NCBI GenBank assembly: GCA_964637995.1
Contig: CAZWXV010000005.1
Span: 1-36,514, forward strand
Length of the DNA stretch: 36,514 nt
Direction of reading: 5' to 3'
Source of the DNA: an uncultured Candidatus Saccharibacteria bacterium
GTDB taxonomy: Bacteria > Patescibacteriota > Minisyncoccia > Phycocordibacterales > UBA9973
Shown: piece after piece, positions 17,279 through 25,571 of the stretch
Numbering within the stretch: the stretch's first letter is position 1
Layout: every line of letters starts with the position of its first letter
The notes under the pieces: model-generated
The model's input: the letters and a program-made list of their open reading frames with translations, nothing else
Databases searched by the model: none
What the model was told of the DNA's origin: nothing
Program-made: the position numbers and the translations under genes

Positions 17279-17466
17279 GTGTGACCTCACGGGGAATCGC
17301 GAGTACGCTTTCGGTCACAAGTCTTTTTCTGCTGAAAAAGCTCGCGACCCCGTCTCGCGCCGCCGCGCTCCGGCTTTCGATTCTCGCCGTATGGCGATCA
17401 CGAGCGACGCAAAAAGCACTAGAGAAAATCCGGTGCTTTTTGGTCGTGTGACCTCACGGGGAATCG
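17279..17466 (-). mobile_element. tRNA 3'-end-duplicating hairpin-rich mini-element (putative)
   Basis: 21-bp direct repeat GTGTGACCTCACGGGGAATCG at 17279-17299 and 17446-17466; inverted TTCGATTC at 17376-83; internal hairpins. Confidence 0.6.
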
Positions 17467-17520
17467 AACCCCGATTTGGAGCTTGAGAAGCTCCCGTCCT
17501 AGCCGTTAGACGATGAGGCC
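17449..17520 (-). tRNA. tRNA-Glu (anticodon CTC), CCA not encoded
   Basis: Minus strand GGCCTCA...TGAGGTC-A, anticodon arm GGAGC-TT CTC AA-GCTCC, T-loop GGTTCGATTCC. Confidence 0.97.
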
Positions 17521-17579
17521 AATAGCAAAAATATAACATTTTTTTACGAAAATGCTAATTTTTTTGCTATACTTTGCAT

Positions 17580-18227
17580 ATGAAATATTCTTCCGTGATT
17601 TTTGACTGGGACGGGACATTGGCCATGACGCTGCATCTGTGGCTCGACGGTTTCCGGAGTGAACTCGGAAAACAGGGATTCCGCTATTCGGACAAGGTTA
17701 TCGTGGATGATTTTTTTTACGAGCACGGCAAGGCCGGCATAAAATACCCCGACATTGATTTCAAAGCTCTCGTGCCGCCGGTGCATCAATACGTGAATAG
17801 CCACGTTTCCTACCTTAAAATTTATCCCGGCGCGCGTGAGGCACTAGAAAGATTGCACGAGAATAATATAAATCTGACGCTGGTTTCTTCGAGCGAAAAG
17901 ACGCTTCTGATGGAGTCCCTCAGGCAGGCCGGCTTCCTCGGATTTTTTTCCGCGATCGTTTCCGGCAATGATGTCACAAATCACAAGCCCGACCCTGAAC
18001 CCTTTGAACAAATTCTTAAAATTGCCAAAATGAGTCCAAAGGGCGCCATTGTTTTGGGCGATTCCCATACCGACATTATGGCCGCAAAAGCCGCGGGGCT
18101 CGATTCCTGCCTATTCCTGCCGCCGGAAAATAAAATTTTCTACGACTTTGCCAAGCTCAAGGAATCAAAGCCGACTTTCACAGTCGAAAGCCTGAAAGAG
18201 TTTGCCGCTCTGGTTATCAGTGAATAA
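17580..18227 (+). CDS. HAD-superfamily hydrolase (subfamily IA, Gph/PpaX-like)
   Basis: FDWDGTL motif I, VSS, KPDPEP, LGDSHTD. Confidence 0.9.
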   Translation: MKYSSVIFDWDGTLAMTLHLWLDGFRSELGKQGFRYSDKVIVDDFFYEHGKAGIKYPDIDFKALVPPVHQYVNSHVSYLKIYPGAREALERLHENNINLTLVSSSEKTLLMESLRQAGFLGFFSAIVSGNDVTNHKPDPEPFEQILKIAKMSPKGAIVLGDSHTDIMAAKAAGLDSCLFLPPENKIFYDFAKLKESKPTFTVESLKEFAALVISE

Positions 18228-18278
18228 AAACCCGTCCGGTACGTAGCCGCTTCAAAAGCCCTAAATTACCTTTAGAGC

Positions 18279-18307
18279 TTGACTTTTCTAGCAGAATATG
18301 CTATACT
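18279..18307 (+). promoter_or_regulatory. sigma70 promoter
   Basis: TTGACT-17 nt-TATACT with extended TG. Confidence 0.75.
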
Positions 18308-18411
18308 GCATGAGGTTGCACTTTAAAAAGTCGCTGCTGGAAATAAGGAGCAAAAACATGCTTTTTATTCCCGGCAGTGACACTTCCGGGAGAAAAATAG
18401 GAGATTCACCC

Positions 18412-18555
18412 ATGAATCAGTTCGCACTTATCCTCGCCACCACCGCGGCCGGGCAGAAGTTGCCCTTCAGCCTCGGCATTACCTTCGCCGTGATTATGCT
18501 CGTCCTGGTGGGCGGCACCTTGTTGTTCATCAACTACAAGTCGAAGGAGACATAG
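18412..18555 (+). CDS. 47-aa single-TM small protein
   Basis: AGGAGA SD before ATG 18412; one hydrophobic helix and a short charged tail. Confidence 0.6.
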   Translation: MNQFALILATTAAGQKLPFSLGITFAVIMLVLVGGTLLFINYKSKET

Positions 18556-18742
18556 GTCGTCCGCCTGACCGACACCCGCGCCCGGCGGAATCTGGGCAGA
18601 GAGGAGGATTTATCGAATACGAATATCTGTGCGTTACAGGGGCTGTCGCAATCGCGGCCGCCCCTGCACTCGTTTTATTTTAAAAAATTTCTTTTCGGCC
18701 CGGGTTTTTTTATTTAGTTTGGTATGTTAATATGGTTTCAGT

Positions 18743-19633
18743 ATGAAAAAAACGGGAACTTTTAAGACAAAATCTGGGCTCGCGCAGATGCTGAAAGGCG
18801 GAGTGATAATGGACGTGGTCAACGCAAAACAGGCCCGGATTGCGGAGAAGGCGGGCGCAGTGGCCGTGATGGCCCTCGAGCGCGTGCCTGCGGATATCCG
18901 TAAAGATGGCGGGGTGGCCAGGATGTCCGACCCCGGTAAAATAAAAGAAATTCAAAAAGCGGTTACCATACCCGTGATGGCCAAGTGCCGCATCGGGCAT
19001 TTCGTGGAGGCGCAGCTCCTGGAGGCTCTAAATGCGGACTTCATAGACGAAAGCGAAGTGCTTACGCCCGCCGATGAGGAATTTCATGTTGATAAAACAA
19101 AATTTACCATTCCTTTCGTCTGCGGCGCGCGCAATTTGGGCGAGGCCTTGAGGCGTATCAATGAAGGCGCAGCGATGATGCGCACAAAAGGGGAAGCTGG
19201 CACGGGCAACATCGTGGAAGCCGTCCGCCATATTCGCGCGGTAAACAGGGGACTGGAAGAATTAAAAAAATATCTTGCAAAAAAAGAAACAGGGCAATTG
19301 CGAAAAAAGGCAAAAGAGTTCCGCGTGCCGTTTGATTTGGTGTTGCGGACCGCAAAAGCGGGCCGACTGACGGTGGTAAACTTTGCCGCCGGTGGCATAG
19401 CTACTCCGGCGGACGCGGCGCTTTGCATGCAGCTTGGCATGGACGGGGTGTTTGTGGGCTCGGGGATTTTTAAAAGCGGCAATCCCGAACGCCTGGCAAA
19501 GGCTATCGTCGATTCCGTGGCTCATTTTAATGATGCGAAGATTATTGCCAAAGCAAGCGAGAATCTGGGCAGTCTGATGCGGGGGCAGGAAATCTCAAAA
19601 TTGGAAACCAAACTTGCCGAACGGGGAGTTTAA
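18743..19633 (+). CDS. pdxS: pyridoxal 5'-phosphate synthase lyase subunit
   Basis: [53 protein letters not shown]. Confidence 0.99.
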   Translation: MKKTGTFKTKSGLAQMLKGGVIMDVVNAKQARIAEKAGAVAVMALERVPADIRKDGGVARMSDPGKIKEIQKAVTIPVMAKCRIGHFVEAQLLEALNADFIDESEVLTPADEEFHVDKTKFTIPFVCGARNLGEALRRINEGAAMMRTKGEAGTGNIVEAVRHIRAVNRGLEELKKYLAKKETGQLRKKAKEFRVPFDLVLRTAKAGRLTVVNFAAGGIATPADAALCMQLGMDGVFVGSGIFKSGNPERLAKAIVDSVAHFNDAKIIAKASENLGSLMRGQEISKLETKLAERGV

Positions 19634-19640
19634 AGGATTT

Positions 19641-20237
19641 ATGCGGAAGAAGAAAATCAGGATAGGGATACTTGCTTTTCAGGGAGGTGTCGCAGAACAT
19701 AAAGAAGCGAGCCTGCAAGCGCTAAAAAATTTAAAGCAGGACGGCGAAGTTGTTTTAATCCGCTCCAGAAAAGATATAAAAAATCTGGACGCGCTAATTC
19801 TGCCCGGGGGTGAGAGTACGGTGTTTTATAAGCTTGTTCTAAATGCGGGAATTTTCCAGGAATTGAAAAAAATAAAAAATATTTTTGGCACCTGCGCGGG
19901 GGCGATATTTATCGCAAAGAATATAAAAAATAAAATTAAAGGGCAGAAGTCTCTTGAGGTAATGGATATGGAAGTGGACAGGAATGCCTATGGCGCGCAG
20001 GGGGAATCATTTGAAGAAAACATAGAAACAAAACTGGGTAAAATAAATGCGGTGTTTATCCGCGCTCCGAAAATAAAAAAAGTTGGGAAAAATGTCACTA
20101 TTCTGGCGGGGAATAAAAAAAATATAATTGCCTGCGAAGAAAGAGGAAAAGGCAGGAACTATCTGGCAACTTGTTTCCATCCCGAACTTTCCACCACCAA
20201 ATTTCACGAGTATTTTATAAAAAACCTCGTGCTGTGA
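19641..20237 (+). CDS. pdxT: pyridoxal 5'-phosphate synthase glutaminase subunit
   Basis: LPGGEST, FGTCAG, RNAYGAQGESF, FIRAP, FHPEL; follows pdxS. Confidence 0.96.
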   Translation: MRKKKIRIGILAFQGGVAEHKEASLQALKNLKQDGEVVLIRSRKDIKNLDALILPGGESTVFYKLVLNAGIFQELKKIKNIFGTCAGAIFIAKNIKNKIKGQKSLEVMDMEVDRNAYGAQGESFEENIETKLGKINAVFIRAPKIKKVGKNVTILAGNKKNIIACEERGKGRNYLATCFHPELSTTKFHEYFIKNLVL

Positions 20238-20264
20238 TTTTATCTATTGTGATATACTATAATT

Positions 20265-21464
20265 ATGGAAATAGAATTTTTATTAATAGGTGTTGTTTTG
20301 GGAGCTGTAATTGCTTGGTTTGTTGCCAAGAGCAAATTTCTCAACAAAGAAGCTATTTCAGTGGAAGAACATATTAAGATTACTTCTCAGTTGGCGTCAA
20401 AAGAAACCGAACTTCATGAATTACAATCTAGATATTCAGAAGAAAAAGAAAAAGATAATAAATTTGAAAATATTGCTGAAAAGATTCTTACCGCACAAAG
20501 TAAGGCCTTGATGGTAGACAATAAAACCCATTTACAAGAAACACTTAATCCACTCAAGGATAAAATTACAGAATTTCAAAATAAAGCTGAAACTATCCAT
20601 AGGGAAAATTTAAAAGAAACTACAATTCTTAAAGAACAAATTGGCTTATTTAGTAAACTAAATGAACAAATGAGCAAAGATGCAACTAATTTGACTAAAG
20701 CTCTTAAAGGTGAAACAAAGACGCAAGGCGGGTGGGGGGAAATGATTTTAGAAAGTGTTTTAGAAAAATCTGGTCTGATTAAGAATATTCACTTTCGTAC
20801 ACAAGAAAGCATGACAAGTGAAGGTGGTAGGCGTTTACAGCCTGATGTGATAATTAATCTACCTGAAAATAAACATATAGTTATTGATTCCAAGGTATCT
20901 TTAGTTGCGTATGACAAATTTTGGGCGACAGAAAATGAGAGTGAAAAGGTAGTTTTACTTAAAGAGCATATTAATTCAGTGCGTAATCATGTAAAAGAAT
21001 TGAGTAAAAAAAATTATCAATCCCTTTATCAAATCAATGCGCCTGATTTTGTTTTGATGTTTATTCCGATAGAGCCAGCTTATTTATTAGCATTAAATAA
21101 TGACTTAGAGCTATGGGCTTTTGCCTATGAATATAATGTAATTATTTTAGGACCCACTAATCTTATTCCAACATTGCGACTAATAAACAATTTATGGAAA
21201 ACTCAAAGTCAAAATGTGAATGCTTTAGAGATTGCTCGACAAAGTGGCGAACTCTATGATAAATTTGTTGGTTTTATAACAGATTTGGTGGATATAGGTA
21301 AAAAAATAGATAGCGCAAAAGAAAATTACGAGGAGGCAATAAAAAAGATATCTACTGGTAAAGGTAATTTACTTAATAGGGTTGAAAATATTAAAAAACT
21401 TGGTGCAAAATCTACCAAAGCCATTCCTAGTGTTTTATTAGAAGGATCTAAAGAAGTGGAGTAA
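20265..21464 (+). CDS. rmuC: DNA recombination protein RmuC
   Basis: N-terminal TM, coiled coil, QGGWGEMILE, PDVIINLP, IDSKVSL, DFVLMFIPIE. Confidence 0.95.
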   Translation: MEIEFLLIGVVLGAVIAWFVAKSKFLNKEAISVEEHIKITSQLASKETELHELQSRYSEEKEKDNKFENIAEKILTAQSKALMVDNKTHLQETLNPLKDKITEFQNKAETIHRENLKETTILKEQIGLFSKLNEQMSKDATNLTKALKGETKTQGGWGEMILESVLEKSGLIKNIHFRTQESMTSEGGRRLQPDVIINLPENKHIVIDSKVSLVAYDKFWATENESEKVVLLKEHINSVRNHVKELSKKNYQSLYQINAPDFVLMFIPIEPAYLLALNNDLELWAFAYEYNVIILGPTNLIPTLRLINNLWKTQSQNVNALEIARQSGELYDKFVGFITDLVDIGKKIDSAKENYEEAIKKISTGKGNLLNRVENIKKLGAKSTKAIPSVLLEGSKEVE

Positions 21465-21469
21465 CTAAA

Positions 21470-21503
21470 TGAGAAGAGCCGCCGGTGAGCTGGTGGCCCT
21501 TCT
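21470..21503. terminator. hairpin between convergent genes
   Basis: GAGAAGAGCCGCCGG-TGAG-CTGGTGGCCCTTCTC imperfect stem. Confidence 0.5.
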
Positions 21504-21526
21504 CGGCGACTCGCAATGAAAACTCT

Positions 21527-21772
21527 TTACGGTTCTGGAACAGGGTATTCGTAGAGGTCGAATGCGAACGGTGCATCATCGTCGGGGAAGGCCACGAGAC
21601 CCTTTTTCGCAGCTTCTTCGTCCACCCATCCGCTCATAGTCTCGTCGCGGTGGTCGAGGTGTTGTGGCACATCATGAAGGTTGCCGACGAAATCGTTCGG
21701 TCCGTCGTAAAACTTCGCCACAAGCTTTCCGTTTTCGGGAATGATGACTACGCGACGTCCGTGTTGGAACAT
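21527..21772 (-). CDS. small acidic hypothetical protein (81 aa)
   Basis: GAGAGGGG SD-like sequence; TTGAAA-17 nt-TATAAT promoter (21812-21840, minus); hairpin downstream. Confidence 0.65.
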   Translation of the reverse strand: MFQHGRRVVIIPENGKLVAKFYDGPNDFVGNLHDVPQHLDHRDETMSGWVDEEAAKKGLVAFPDDDAPFAFDLYEYPVPEP

Positions 21773-21819
21773 TGATTATCCCTCTCATCCATACGATTTT
21801 ACTCCGCAAGTATTATACA

Positions 21820-22545
21820 CTAGAATCCTATTTTTTTCAAGTGATGCTTGAGAGTATATATCCAATCGTCCTCGATTTGGTCGCTATCGAGTTTCTCTTG
21901 CAGAAGCCATTCGAGGTATCCGCGGTCGGTTGCCAGCACCTCTTCGATTTTCTTACCATTATGTTTGCCGAAATTCATGGTCCGGAAGAGGGAAGGATGC
22001 GAAGAGATCTCCACCATCTTTTCTACGGCTTTATCTTCGGTGAGTTTCCCCTCCTGCATTATTTTATTTTTAAGTCGCTCAAAGAGTTTCTCCAGCACCA
22101 GTACGTCGCCCAAAGCATCATGTGCCGTGGCCTCGACTTCGAGTTCTAGGAAATACCGCAGGTACTGTAGATTGTAGCGCGGTATTTTTGCTTCCGGGTC
22201 GAGTTCGCGGGCCACGCGGAGGGTGCAGATGAAGTTATGGGGCTTGATGTCTTCTTTGGCGACAATCATGAGGTCAAAAGGCGCGTTGTGTGCGACGACA
22301 ACGGAATCTTTGTCTTCAAAAAGTTTTTTAATTATCGGCTGGTCGGTGCTTTCCTTGAAAGTCGGCTTATCGGCGACCATTTTATTGGTGATGTGGTGTA
22401 TAGCGGAAGCTTCCGGAGGAATTTTTATTTCCGGCTTATAAAGGCCCGAGAAACTTCCGCCTTCGTGCTTGAAAGCAATTTGAACCAGAAAGTCTTTTTG
22501 TTCGTTGCCGGTGGTCTCCGTGTCAAAAAATATAAGCTTGACCAT
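21820..22545 (-). CDS. DEDDh 3'-5' exonuclease (ExoX-like) with C-terminal FGK-H-x-G...YLEW module
   Basis: FFDTETTG, HNAPFD, AHDALGD motifs. Confidence 0.9.
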   Translation of the reverse strand: MVKLIFFDTETTGNEQKDFLVQIAFKHEGGSFSGLYKPEIKIPPEASAIHHITNKMVADKPTFKESTDQPIIKKLFEDKDSVVVAHNAPFDLMIVAKEDIKPHNFICTLRVARELDPEAKIPRYNLQYLRYFLELEVEATAHDALGDVLVLEKLFERLKNKIMQEGKLTEDKAVEKMVEISSHPSLFRTMNFGKHNGKKIEEVLATDRGYLEWLLQEKLDSDQIEDDWIYTLKHHLKKIGF

Positions 22546-22606
22546 AGTGCTATTTTAGCATAAATTTGTTAGAATGAAAAAGGAAATAACATATTTCCTC
22601 AAGGTT

Positions 22607-23056
22607 ATGATTCATGACGAAGTCAAAAATAAAATAAAAGAAGCGATGATGGCGAAAGACAGCACGGCGCTCGAGACATACCGGGGCATGCTCGCGGCTT
22701 TTACCAACGAGCTGGTGGCCAAGGGCAAGAAGCCGAATGAAATATTGAGCGACGAAGAGGCCTTGTCGGTCATAACCAAGATGGGGAAACAAAGAAAAGA
22801 TTCCATAGAACAATTCCAAAAGGGCAACAGGGCAGACCTGGTAAAAGTGGAGGAAGCCCAGCTTAGAATTCTGGAGACTTATTTGCCGAAATTGATGGAT
22901 AAAAGCGAAGTGGAAAAGATAGCCAAGGCAAAAAAAGACGAACTCCACATAAGCGACCCTGCCAAAAAAGGCATGCTCATGTCCGCGCTTATGAAGGACT
23001 TGAAGGGCAAGGCCGACGGTGCCGTGGTGCGGGAGGTGGTAGACGGACTGTTTTAA
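22607..23056 (+). CDS. GatB/YqeY domain protein
   Basis: KEAMMAKD, KQRKDSIEQF-x-KGNRADL, YLP, KGKADG; alternative start 22574. Confidence 0.92.
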   Translation: MIHDEVKNKIKEAMMAKDSTALETYRGMLAAFTNELVAKGKKPNEILSDEEALSVITKMGKQRKDSIEQFQKGNRADLVKVEEAQLRILETYLPKLMDKSEVEKIAKAKKDELHISDPAKKGMLMSALMKDLKGKADGAVVREVVDGLF

Positions 23057-23068
23057 TTTTGCACGAGA

Positions 23069-23674
23069 ATGCACACTGTAAATTTTTTAATCGCCCTGGT
23101 CGAGCATCATCAGATACTGACATATGCCATAATCCTAGTCGGGCTTCTGTTGGAGGGGGAAGTGATAATAATTTCGACGGGAGTGCTCGCGCATTTGGGC
23201 GCGCTCAACATCTGGGTCGCGCTCGTGTTTATTTTGGCAGGCGCGTTCTGCAAAACTTTTTTCGGCTACAGGCTCGGGGAATTCTTGTATCGTAAGTTCA
23301 ACCATAACCGGTTTTTCCGATACATCCAAAAACGCGTTTATGGCGTTCTGCCCGGATTCAAATCGAAGCCCTTTTGGTCTATCTTCGTGTCCAAGTTCAT
23401 CATCGGCGCGAACAATATCGTCATCCTGTTCGCGGGTTTTGAAGGCATTGATTTCAAAAAGTATCTTAGGGCCGAGATTTATGCCACGCTGGTCTGGGCG
23501 CCCCTGCTTCTCTCTCTGGGTTATATTTTCAGCTATACCGCGCTAAGTGTTTCCAGTGACGTGTGGGGTTTCCTCGGAATAATGCTTGCGCTATTTACAA
23601 TTTTCGTATTATTTGATAGATTTGTCGGTTGGTTATATGAGGTATTCCAAGAATTTTATGAAGGAAAAAATTAA
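23069..23674 (+). CDS. DedA/VTT family membrane protein
   Basis: EGE motif, G-x6-GYRLG, SKFIIG, W-x5-LGY. Confidence 0.85.
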   Translation: MHTVNFLIALVEHHQILTYAIILVGLLLEGEVIIISTGVLAHLGALNIWVALVFILAGAFCKTFFGYRLGEFLYRKFNHNRFFRYIQKRVYGVLPGFKSKPFWSIFVSKFIIGANNIVILFAGFEGIDFKKYLRAEIYATLVWAPLLLSLGYIFSYTALSVSSDVWGFLGIMLALFTIFVLFDRFVGWLYEVFQEFYEGKN

Positions 23675-24554
23675 CAAACTTATCACGCACAACGGTTCTT
23701 TTCACGCTGACGACATATTTGCGGCGGCGGCGCTTTCCATATATCTCCAAAGCAAGGGGAAAAATTTTGAAATAATCCGCACCCGCGACGATGAGATCAT
23801 CAAGACCGGGGACTATGTTTTTGACGTAGGCGGCATTTACGATGAAGAAAAAAACAGATTTGACCACCATCAGATAGGCGGAGCCGGCTCGGGCCCGCAT
23901 GGTATCGAGTATTCTTCGCTCGGCCTGGTCTGGAAAAAATTCGGCGAAGAACTCGCGGGCGGTAAGCGCGCTGCGGAAATCATAGAAAAACGGCTGTGCG
24001 CACCCGTCGACGCCTGGGACAACGGTTTTGACCTGGTGGCGAGCAAGCACGAAGTCGGGCCCTATTATGTCCAGAATATATTTTTTGCCATGACGCCTAC
24101 CTGGAAAGAAGGCGATGCCGATATTGACGGAGTATTTTTAAAATGCGTGGAATTGGCTAAAAACATTATTTCCCGGGAGATCATCCAGGCGCGGGATATG
24201 CTGGAAGCGGAAGAGTCGGTCGTTTTGGCTTATAAAAATTCCAAGGACAAGAAAATAATAATCCTGGACAAGAATTATCCGTTTGAGTTTATTATTTCAA
24301 ATTTTCCGGAACCTATTTTTGTCGTGTATTCCCGTAAAACAGGCGATTGGGGCGCGAAAGCTGTGCGTAAGAGCCTGAAAAGTTTCGAAAACCGCAAGAG
24401 TTTTCCGGAAAGCTGGGGCGGCCTCCGGGGTAAAGAGTTATCACAGATTACCGGAGTGGAGGATGCGACGTTTTGCCACCGGGCGCTTTTTGTCGCGGTG
24501 GCGAAAAGTAAGGCAGGCGCCATTAAACTGGCACAGATAGCGGCGGCGAATTAA
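23658..24554 (+). CDS. MYG1 (UPF0160) family DHH-type hydrolase/exonuclease
   Basis: THNGSFHADD, IIRTRD, DVGGIYD, RFDHHQ, FPESWGGL, FCH. Confidence 0.93.
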   Translation: MKEKINKLITHNGSFHADDIFAAAALSIYLQSKGKNFEIIRTRDDEIIKTGDYVFDVGGIYDEEKNRFDHHQIGGAGSGPHGIEYSSLGLVWKKFGEELAGGKRAAEIIEKRLCAPVDAWDNGFDLVASKHEVGPYYVQNIFFAMTPTWKEGDADIDGVFLKCVELAKNIISREIIQARDMLEAEESVVLAYKNSKDKKIIILDKNYPFEFIISNFPEPIFVVYSRKTGDWGAKAVRKSLKSFENRKSFPESWGGLRGKELSQITGVEDATFCHRALFVAVAKSKAGAIKLAQIAAAN

Positions 24555-24566
24555 ATTAAATCCAGC

Positions 24567-25562
24567 ATGGCATTCATTGACGAAATAAAAATTAGGGCGG
24601 CAGCCGGGCGCGGCGGGAACGGCGTAGTGCGCTGGCGGCAGGAAAAATTTATTCCCAAGGGCGGGCCCGCGGGCGGCGACGGCGGACGCGGCGGAGATTT
24701 TTACGTGGAAGCTGTGCGCGACATCCACATCCTTTCCAAATATAAAGCTAAAAAAGAATTCGAGGCATCGCGAGGCGAAGATGGCGGAGGCAAAAGCCTG
24801 CATGGCAAGAATGGAAATGATTTTTTTCTGAAATTGCCGGTGGGAGCCATAGTCACGAATCTGGATACGGCAGAAAGATGGGAACTCTCCCTACCGGGGC
24901 AGAAAGTAATGATACTCCGGGGCGGCCGCGGAGGATTCGGCAACGAACATTTCAAAAGTTCCACCAACACCACGCCGCGGGACTGGCGACCCGGGCAGGA
25001 GGGCGAGCAAGGAAATTTCCACGTGGAACTCGAGCTCTTTGCCGACCTGGGGCTCATAGGATTGCCCAACGCGGGCAAGACCTCGCTTTTAAATTCACTG
25101 ACGAATGCGGGAGCCAAGGTGGGTGATTACGAATTCACAACTTTGGATCCGAACCTGGGTGATTTTTATGGCTACATTTTGGCGGACATTCCCGGGCTCA
25201 TAGAGGGAGCTTCCTCGGGCAAGGGCCTGGGCGTGAAATTCCTCCGGCACATCAAACGCACGAAAATACTCGCGCATCTGGTTTCCTTTGAGAATGACAA
25301 TATGTTGAAACGCTATAAAGAGATCAGGAAAGAACTTGAGAGATACGATAAAAAATTAAAATTGGGCAGCGACGGGCTCGCGGACAAAAAAGAGATAATA
25401 ATTCTAAGCAAAAGCGACGCGGCTAAAGACCCCAAAACCGTTATTAAAAAAGTGACGGAGTTTAAAAAAATCAGGAAAGAAGTTTTCACGCTGACGCTAT
25501 ACGATGATAAATCCGTAAAAAAGTTAAGCGACGCGCTGGTAAAAATCCTGAGAAAATTGTAA
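24567..25562 (+). CDS. obgE: GTPase ObgE/CgtA
   Basis: Gly-rich Obg fold (GGPAGGDGGRGG), GLPNAGKT, YEFTTL, DIPGLIEGA. Confidence 0.97.
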   Translation: MAFIDEIKIRAAAGRGGNGVVRWRQEKFIPKGGPAGGDGGRGGDFYVEAVRDIHILSKYKAKKEFEASRGEDGGGKSLHGKNGNDFFLKLPVGAIVTNLDTAERWELSLPGQKVMILRGGRGGFGNEHFKSSTNTTPRDWRPGQEGEQGNFHVELELFADLGLIGLPNAGKTSLLNSLTNAGAKVGDYEFTTLDPNLGDFYGYILADIPGLIEGASSGKGLGVKFLRHIKRTKILAHLVSFENDNMLKRYKEIRKELERYDKKLKLGSDGLADKKEIIILSKSDAAKDPKTVIKKVTEFKKIRKEVFTLTLYDDKSVKKLSDALVKILRKL

Positions 25563-25571
25563 TATAATCTC

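Noticed and set aside
352-17279. Single large prophage or island between the two tRNA-Glu genes
   Set aside because: The interval holds core genes, the repeats are local to each tRNA, and no integrase or phage genes are present
17227-17539. ORFs 17227-17451 (+) and 17315-17539 (-)
   Set aside because: Translations of tRNA-Glu and its flanking element
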